Assembly: GCA_003971905.1 (NCBI GenBank)
Contig: RSEE01000060.1
Span: 1-64,000, forward strand
DNA length: 64,000 nt
Direction: 5' to 3'
From: Moniliella sp. 'wahieum'
Lineage: Eukaryota
The translations under genes were made by a program, and so were the position numbers. Each line of letters opens with the position of its first letter. Position 1 is the stretch's first letter. The notes beneath the pieces are model-generated. The model saw only the letters and a list, made by a program, of their open reading frames with translations, did no database searches and was not told where the DNA came from. Below, in pieces: positions 54,435 through 64,000 of this stretch.

Positions 54435-56684
54435 CGCGGGGTGGACTTCAGGCGGATGGCCCTGCGGTTCGGGAGGCTACACGAAGATCAAGCTTGCTCA
54501 GATTTGTGGGACTGGACGACCCATTTGTGCACACCCTCCTATACCATCCCAAACGTGGAAAGCTAGCATCGTTGGCCGTTAGCACACTCTTTCCGCGATG
54601 ACCCTGTCCAACACGGTCACGACTTGTATTTTCCCTCGACTGTTTGCCAATGCGACTAAAGCGCCCACTTCAGTTCACCAAGCATTGAAGTTCAACGACG
54701 CGCTTTGGCCGAGAGGGAGTGCAGTTTGCCACTGCAGTGACTTTAGTCACACGGGCGCGCGCTGGTTTACTACGCACAAGCCCGATGCGCTGGGTGCTTA
54801 GCTGGGAGCCGATTGGCCCAACAAAAGCAAAGTCTTGGCAATGCGTACAATGCGTAGAGGCGGAGTGGAGTGGCCTGTAGTGTGCTGTGCTCCTCGGTGC
54901 CACCCATGGGTGCAACCAACACTCCTTCGCCTCCAGCTTAGACGAGACCTAGTTTGGCCTTGCGGCCTAGCGCATCCTGTTTACCACCAAGTCTTTGTCG
55001 ATACATTCTCCGCCCTCTACGTACATCAACGGAAAGAACGCACTGGATCCTAGTACACCGGTGCAGGTGAGATGATACCCCGAGGTCAGTGGTGTGGTTC
55101 GTATTGGGTGGGTTATGTGAAGCAATGCGACTGAGACGTGTGTGGGAGTCTCGTGGCGGGAAGCAAGGATGAGTACCCGGCGGGATTCGAACGGAAAGAT
55201 GGCAATCTATCATCAGTGGTACTTGTGTACCCTAGCCACCGCCAAGACGCTTGGCAATGCCGTCGGCGTGCGCGGAAGCGGGTCGCAGTAATCAACATCG
55301 CCTCAGCCCTTTCCGCCCCGGTAGTTGGCGACCTCTGTGCCACTAGGTCGATATGGCGCTACGAGAGCGGGAGACACGGAAGGGCGCATGAACGAGCAGA
55401 TGGGCAAGGCGTCCGGTTCGCTGCTGGAGGCTCGGGATCTGACGTGGAACTACGATTCTTTGCTGTGGTGCAACGGGCGGCTCTCAAGGACTGCCTGTGC
55501 TCCGAAGAGCAGACGAGGACTTTGTATTGGTGGTGGCAGTAGCGGTGGCGGAAGAAATAGAAGTGGAAGTGAGAGTGGAAGTGGAAGTGGAAGTGGAAGC
55601 GATGGTAACGGCGACGACGGGGGTGGGGATGGGGGTTGGGATGAGGACGCGGTATAGTGCTGGCAAGGGCATTTCACCGCCGTTGAATTTTCTACTACCT
55701 TCTCGATCCCGCGGGGGTTGGGCGGTGAGGGGCGTCGCCGTCATCCTGAGCGATGTGTGGGCATGGAGACTGGCCCACCGGCTGCTGGCTAGCATGCATC
55801 CTGCAGAGCGGCGCAGTGCAGAGCGGGGGACGCCAGGGCGCAGGGGCAGTGTCAAGCTGCGCTGGCTTTGGGTTGGAGCGGGACTGCTGCAGACACGCGG
55901 GCTAATTTTGGACGGACGGCCGGTTTGGATTTGGAAGCGATTGAAGCTGGTGGCCGCCGGGCAGGCTCGGGCTCAGCGCAGGGCTGGCCATGGCTGTCGA
56001 CGCTGGGCTGCCTCCATCGCTGCGGCCGGGGGGCGATGGGGGGGCAGCCGCACGCGTCTGGGCAGGCGAGCGCCTACACCAGCCAACACTCCACCCGCGT
56101 CGGTCGGCGGGCGTTCTGTGGCATCTACTACTACTACTATGGATGGCTCAGCTGGCCAGCGCCATATGGCCCCGCCAGAGCGCGCCACCAACCGTCCCTG
56201 CCACCACCTCCATCGCGCCAGAGAGGCGACAGCACCCGGCGTCTGCAGTTCCATCGGGCCGGAGCTCCCGTAGGCGGCATTGAACGTTGAACAAGCCTCG
56301 CGGGCTGCGAGCAGAGATAGGAGAGGCCGTGACGCTGACGCCCGTCACGCGTAGCCGCCCCAGCCGGGGATCGTCTGTTGGATAGCGAATCCCCCAACCT
56401 GCCCTGGGCGGCTGGAGCGCGCTTGTCAGATATACCCGCCTTGCGCCAATCCCCTCGGCCCACTTGCCGCAGTTTTCCCCTCTCTTTTCAGCTCTCTGGC
56501 CCTCGCAGTCTCTCTTGCTTTCCGTCCACCACACCACCCCCTCCCTGTTTCTGCATCGCTTCGTCAAAACAGCACCGTGTATGTCCCCCTCCTTCTCTCC
56601 CCCCTCTCCTGTCCTCCCCTTCTCTGGCTGTGGCTAGGCGCGGCTATGGTCTGCATGTCATGCCCAGACCCGCCGCGGCCATAG

Positions 56685-57327
<643 letters not shown>

Positions 57328-60300
57328 GGCCCCGGCCCTTTTTCCGTACATGCACCAGCCCGTGCATCTCTTTGCCTCTCGCGCTTCTATGTCTCGTCCT
57401 GTTTTTTCCCCCCCCTGCCTCCTCTCCCATTGGATCCGCCTGTCTGCTGCGCCCTAGTTGCCCCGCAGCAACAACTATGACGTGTTTCCTTCCCTCCCTC
57501 GCCTCGTCCTCCAGTCTCGTCTGTTTCCGTGCGCAGGAGGAGCGCGCGTCGCCCTGGCCATCTACACTTCGTCTTCTCTTTCGTACGCGCATTTTGCGGT
57601 GCTGCGCACCACGAGGTAGTTCAGTATAGACATATGTTTAGCCTACAGTGAAAATGGTACGGTGGCCATCTTAGAAAACCCATCGTATTGAACAGAACAG
57701 CAGGCCGGGCGACTTGGCACCTCTCTTTTCAGTTTGCAGCCGTGCGAACTGGCGTTTGGCCCAGGCGTCAGGAGGTACAGCGGGCGAATAGGAGTGGGAA
57801 GCGACGCTTCAAGCTTCAAGCTTGACTTGAAGATTGACTGGACGAGCTTCGTCGATGAGTCGGCCCGGGGCATCCCTGAGATTGATTACGGCCTGTGGAA
57901 CGGTGAACGTCGAAGTTGAACGTTGAAGTTGAATGTTGATCACAGAGATCACCGCTCAGATAGATCATCGATCACCAGTAAGATGGGCCGCAACACTGCC
58001 GCAACAGAGCTGCTGAATCAGCAACGGGCGCCAGTGGCCATATGCGCAGCGCCCCCCAAACGAGCCACGGGTCAGGTCGTCGCGTCGCCCTTCAGTGTTA
58101 TGGGCACATCACGTGACTTGTAGCGCGCATCGTACTAAGGACGAAGATAGAGATACCAGACCGCGTCCTTGTTACACACTGAGGAGATCTTCATCACCTC
58201 CACTACGCCCATACACCTGCTGGAGTTCAGCTAGGGAGTGCTACAGCCCGCAGGAGAGATCAGCTTCAACATGTGCGGGAAGGCAGGGTGGTTAGTTACA
58301 CCAGTCGTGCAATTAAAGCACGCCAAAAGGGAAAGGAGACAGGAAAATAAGAGCAAATCCGTGTGATGAAGCAACCAAAAGGGGTTTGCACAGCTTGTAG
58401 AACGAATCTGGCCAGCTGTTATAGTAAGCAAGCGTTGCAGATCAATTGCGGGAGTGCTGGGGAACTGTAGTAGTAAGTAGCACGAACGTCTCCCACGCCC
58501 CTGCCTCTTCTCCCTACTGCCGTCTCTCTTCCTCTTCCCTTTTCTCCATTCACTCAGTTCACACAACTCTTTCTAACACCAGAAGATTTTGCCGTTATTT
58601 GGGTCGTCCCAGCCGCAAGCATGCGTCTCTCTCCGCGCTGCCGGTGCCCAAAAAACCTGCCTCAGAGAGTGAAGTTCTTACTACCTCCTTTTGAAGAGGA
58701 AAACCGTGAAATGGTCGAACAGTTTTCTTTCAAGTAAAAATGAAGACCACTCGGCTTTGAACACAACTGAGTCGGGTTGAATGCTGACTCTGTTTGCCCT
58801 TCCCGTATAATAGTCATGTTCCGATTCAACCGTCATATTGAGGATCCTATCTACACGCCAGGAAGGGAAGTGTATGCAGCAGACGCGCGTGGGTCCATAG
58901 TGAGAGGTCTGAGTCAGGTCACCGTCAGCGAGCCCTCTTGTCATTTTATTGCTGTAACCCTCAGTGTCACAGGTCTACTTTGCTATGGGAAATGGAGATT
59001 GTACTGCAGAGCTAAATGAAGAACTAGTAGGCTGTAATACGTTACGAAGCCGTATGCCCGTTTGAATTCTTCCGGAACGTGCTGGCCCCATTCTACCCTG
59101 CGTGTGCCGAGCCACGCTGTGTCACTTAATGCCCATGAGCGCGTGAGATGTTGTGGACCGCTGGTGTTCAACCCAACGCTCAGGATTATAACATTTTGTG
59201 GCCAGCAATACCATGCAACGATCTGCGCCCACCTCTCTCACCGGCCCCAAGAGTACGGTTGCCGTTGTTATTGAGATTATCATGGTTCATCTCCCTTCCT
59301 CTTGATCGCCCCCGTATGGTCTCGTTGTGCTTGCTTAAGGATCGATATCCATCAATATTGAAGAACAACTACTTCAGCGCAGACAGACCCCCCGTGACCA
59401 ATGTCAGTGGCAAAAGGGATTTGCTCACACGTCGGCCTAATAACCACACCTTACCCCCTTTCTTCTCAGCGCAACAGAACCGGTCTCCCCGGAAGGCATG
59501 GTTGGTCCTTCTGTGACGGTGAGAATTAGGGGTGTGGACATAGCCTTGCAGGGCGGAACAGAGACCGGAGCCAGGTTTCGGGCGCGGGGACCACAGGTAT
59601 AAGGGCCGAGTCGATGCATCTCCCTTTTCCTAATGCACAGCCCTCGATCTCTCAATAAAGGCCAAGAAGCCAGGTTGAAGAAGGAAGTCGTTATACAATG
59701 TGGTCGATGACCACCTCCCCGCGGGCCAAGACTAGACCAAGTTGTCACACGATTCGTCTCCACTCTCTAAGACGCAGGGGTGTCGTACACTGTGCCAGCG
59801 GCGCGGGACGTTCACACGGTTTGGTAAATCATGGTTGGCGCCGTGTTCGCGCTTATGCTTACGAAGTTCACGTGTACGTGAACTTTTGGTGTAAAGGAGC
59901 CACGGGGAATGTTGATCTTCTCGATGTATAATAGAACAGCTCGATACCTTTGTCGGCCAGCATCATTGACCGAAGCCCCTTCCGTGGTTTCCGCTTTCAC
60001 CGTCACAGAATACAACACCCCTCCATCCGGACGATGGCAGAGGAAACAGGAGATTGGTTTTTTGGTCACATCACGGTAAAAAGCATAGTGAAAGGGGCAG
60101 GCGGCCGGACAGGGCAACAAGCGACCGCGGATGTAAGAAGTGAATGGATGAAGCTTTGAAGCTTCAAGAACAGACAGGGGAGGGTATCACCTCGAATTGG
60201 GCGCTGGGTTGGGTAGCACACCGTCTTGTGATTTACAAAAGGGCATCTCACCGGCAGAAGCAGGGGCCTGGCTGTTGGTCGCACCTATCAGCCATACCTT

Positions 60301-61783
60301 TTTGCACTGCATCTGCGCCTCCGTCGCACCAAAAGGCGGATCGGTATAATGTTCCATGTTCCCCGAGAACAGCTGCCTATGCACAAAAGGTCTCGAGCTG
60401 GGATCTGACATGGATAAGGCGCGCAGAGAAAGGGTTTCTACCTCTCGATGATCATCGACGGTGAGTCTGAATATGGATTCGGTTCTCAGTCGCGCTCTCC
60501 TCCGCGTTCCATGTCACGAGCATCATTCATCACTCTGTTAATTCCATCCATCATTGGTCAAGCGGTTGGGTAATCAAGATGTCTGAATTCCCCAAAAGGG
60601 GGAACGCTGGGGATCCAAAAGCATAACACGTTTGTAGCAAGTCACGTACATAGGCCAGGCACCTTATCGATTATCCTACAACAAGCCCCTCTTACACGCA
60701 TCGCTGACCTCCGAAACCTATACGGTATCCAAATCCCGGGCCGGCCCAATCCCTGTCTCTTCCAGATGTGGCTGATCATGAGCACAAGGCCATGAGACGG
60801 TGCATGAAGCTTGAAGCTTGAAGCTTGAAGCTTGAAGCCTGAGGGCCTGAGACTTAGACCTCAGGGTATGTGAGTGCAGTGTTGAGGCGCTGAGGCCTCG
60901 CTTCAAAGTTTAACCGAACGTTCAAGCTGTGAACGTTGAGGTCAAAACCACCACGTTCCTCATTACATGATCCGTTGCCCTCCGTCTGTCGAGGTTCTCT
61001 AACACCCAGTACTTTGGGTTCCCTCCGGTCCATCTCATGTTGCTCCTGACAATTGGGCTGCAACCAGACGGGCAAAAGACTGAGTACTGAGTAGTAGTAG
61101 GTGGAAAAGACTACTAAACCGCAAGTAGGAGAACTGAGGTGAACCCGGTGAACAAAGAATCGAGCTGGAAAAGGAGGTGTCGGAGGCCATGGAGAGAGAG
61201 AAGACAGGAGAGAGAAGCGGATTCAGAGTCAAAAAGGAAGATACAGGGCGAGGACATTGAAGACAGTAGCCTGTGTCAGAGCGTCGCAAGGGAGAGGAGA
61301 CACTGTGTCATCTCTGCACCACAACCAATATGCTCTCCCCGGGTGCATCAGGTGCATCCTCTGGTATTAGTTCTTCGAGGCCTAAGGCCTAAGACGTGAC
61401 ATCATCATCGCGTGGCGGTTTCAGCCTGTGCTCGTAGGGGTCCTGGCATCCAAAACCTCCAAGCTCAAAGCTAAGCTCCACAAGCACCAAGCGCCAAGCT
61501 CCAAACTCCAAACTCCAAACTCCAATAAGCTCCGAGAGTTCAAGCTCCAATAATAAGAAGCTCCGAGAACTCCACAAGACCCCGCATCCTCAGCTGCATG
61601 CATCTAATTTATCTGTGCATGTGACATGTGACATCGCACAATCCGCCGCCAGCATGAAGCTTCTGAGCTGGAGCAGGAAAGACGCATGTGCATGTTACAT
61701 CACATATCACATGTCACATGTCAGGCCTGCCGGGAAAGTTTCCGTGTCATGTTATTTTTATGGTTCGCTGCTATGACTGCAGT

Positions 61784-62012
61784 GTGGACGCGCGTGGACA
61801 GTGGACCGTGGACGGTGGACCGTGGACGGTGGACCGTGGACGCTGGACGGTGGACGGTGGACCGTGGACGGTGGACCGTGGACGGTGGACCGTGGACGGT
61901 GGACCGTGGACGGTGGACCGTGGACGGTGGACCGTGGACGGTGGACCGTGGACGGTGGACCGTGGACGGTGGACCGTGGACGGTGGACCGTGGACGGTGG
62001 ACCGTGGACGGT
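61784..62012. repeat. 14-bp tandem repeat (GTGGACCGTGGACG)n, made of two alternating heptamers
   Basis: About 15 near-perfect units read directly. Confidence 0.95.
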
Positions 62013-63179
62013 AACCGGGGTAACCGGTTATACGTATAACCCGTAACGCGTAAACGTTAAATGGTGGAGGGCTAGTACGTTTTGTGACATGTGACATCTA
62101 AAAGTACACCGAGTCGTGTGTACACCACAGCGATTGTGGGTTTGAGAAGGACCGTTACACGCTACGCGTTACATCATACCATACCGGGTTACTCGGTCAC
62201 ATGTTGCACGCTACATGGATGTTCCGAGTCACTATCGCCTGTGGGCACACCGAAGCACCCAGATGCATCCAGAGGCTGTGAAGGGCACGATTGGGGGGGG
62301 GGAAAGTGGGAGACACTCGCTATGAGTCTCGATCCATTTAGATCTTAGAGAAAGTGTGCATATACGTACCATAGCGTAGAATAGCATGATGCATGGGTCA
62401 GATGAAGCTTGGAGCTTGAAGCTCTTGAAGCTTGAAGCTTGAAGGCCGGAATAGTGGCACAATAATCTGAAGCTTTTGAAGCTTGAAGAAGCTTGAAGAT
62501 GTTTTGCCGCCGTGTGATAAAGTGTTTCTGCCACAAGCATATGTGGATTGGTTATCTCGATCATCGATTATCGACTAATCTACCATGCACAACTGCACGA
62601 TGTATAGGCACGAGATCGTTGAACGTTGACACATTGACCGTTGATACGTTGATCGACCTAGGAAGAGAAATATATTGGACCCATGTGGATTCAACATATA
62701 TTCAACACGGCTGAAGTTCAACGTTGTTCAGCCTTGAAAACGTACGTTCAACGTTCAACGTTCAACGTTCAACATTCGCTGTTCACTATAGTTACCTAGT
62801 TACCGGTTACCGGCACATGCACAACTTGAACAGGTCCTTTATGACGGAGAAGACATAACGTTCACGACGTTCATGTCATGATGAACAAGTTCATCGATTC
62901 ATTTTCATCGAATGCATCGATCCTCGCTCAGGCGCTCAGCTGAGCGCTGCTCGTCGAGTGATTATCGAGAGTATCGATAAACCATCTGCGTCGTTAACGT
63001 CATTAACGTCATTAATCATCGACCTCTTGAATATGGTGGACTGTGGCGAGCGAGGCTCTCGGGAATATTAGTCGCAGTCACTAGTCACATGTCACATGTC
63101 ACATGTCACACCTGGAAAGCTTATTAAAGTTGGTATCTGTTGGGACCCGTGGTCCCGTACTTAGGCCAAGGCGCCTCAT

Positions 63180-63491
63180 CACCCTTCACCCCTGATTTGT
63201 CCTCCGAAGCCTCCACGTGTACTCAGGCTTGTCTGAATCCCTGTCTCTAGTGTGGCACAAGGCTTAGACCGCAACCACCACCATCGCGATTGCATTGCTC
63301 TACATTTCCAGAGGTTCTTCACCCAATCCCTTGGGTTCCTCCGGTCTTACAGTATCGCCGTCGATGGCCCCCCACAACGAATGGTTTTTGAACACGTTGA
63401 ACAACGATTCGATCAACTGATCAACGTGGTCAACGTCGAGTCGCACGTTGTCCGACGGATGGGTGAGAGGTTCAGCCGCTAGCCAAGGCAT
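63180..63491 (-). pseudogene. Possible decayed Ty1/Copia-type gag N-terminal fragment
   Basis: VFKNHSLWGAIDGDTVRPEEP..*SNAIAMVVVAV*..DSDKPEYTWRL resembles the LWxxIDG..P..A..W pattern of Copia gag; in-frame stops. Confidence 0.35.
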
Positions 63492-64000
63492 GGTTACTCC
63501 GATTACTCCGGTTACTAGTTACTCCGGTCTAGTTACCAGTTCCATGTTGAAGCCTACGGCCTACCTATACCAGGAGATACTATGGTTACAAGTGCCAAGT
63601 AGGTACTTGTCTGTTGCTAGCGTTTACTGGTTACCTTACCATTACCAGCCTGTTGCCGGAGATGGATTATCGATTATCGAGATAGGTATATCCTGGAATC
63701 GACGGGCATCGATGATCGATGGTCGGTGATCCGGTGATCCGCGACTGTCTGAGATCTGAACCATTGGTGATCGATGATCGATGATCGATGATCTTGTTTG
63801 GGGATGCTCGATGCCAATGCCCCCCAATGCCCCGCCTGCCCGTCTTCTCCCGAGCAGGCAGAGGATGGCAGGTGCGCCGAGCGCTGTGGGCCGAACGGGC
63901 GCCTGCCCGTGCTACATACGCTGCCCTCCGTTGTACGTTGTACGCTACGCAAGTGGACCGTGGAGTGGCCGTACAGCAGAGCTAGTAGCGCCCAGACACG

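Noticed and set aside
54440..56600. ORFs between LTR C and histone H3
   Set aside because: No recognisable domain; partly driven by (GGAAGT)n and other simple repeats.
61686..62097. ORFs with WTVDRGR/GPWTVD repeats; possible CRISPR-like array
   Set aside because: These are translations of a stop-free 14-bp satellite with no unique spacers, in a eukaryotic context.

Overview
Eukaryotic, GC-rich, intron-poor fungal DNA. The gene set and GT-AG introns with CTRAC-type branch points point to a basidiomycete (inferred). The assembly looks unpolished: nearly every gene, including actin and histone H3, is broken by 1-bp indels, so CDS limits were stitched by eye across frames. About 20 genes are recognisable: chitin deacetylase, RCC1+PHD, calcipressin, ICln/Lot5, Kar9-like+GAS2, PNGase A, Yhm2, Nfs1, Hsp110, Rlp7, a C2H2/Zn2Cys6 transcription factor, an SDR, a METTL6-like methyltransferase, Puf/RRM, actin, Cyp40, Gbp2-like, an MFS transporter and histone H3. 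There is also an intron-containing tRNA-Tyr. Mobile DNA comprises three ~870-900 bp copies of one LTR family, a chromovirus 3' remnant (chromodomain, PPT, LTR), a ~510 bp foldback/MITE-like element and a possible Copia gag relic. The most unusual signal is intergenic: 7-bp-period micro-repeats built from at least 11 different A..T 6-bp palindromes joined by one spacer base, so every junction is T-N-A. This suggests a sequence-independent hairpin/snap-back process. Also notable are a bacterial-looking intronless SDR inside the transposon nest and a histone H3 with Trp at position 78, next to K79.
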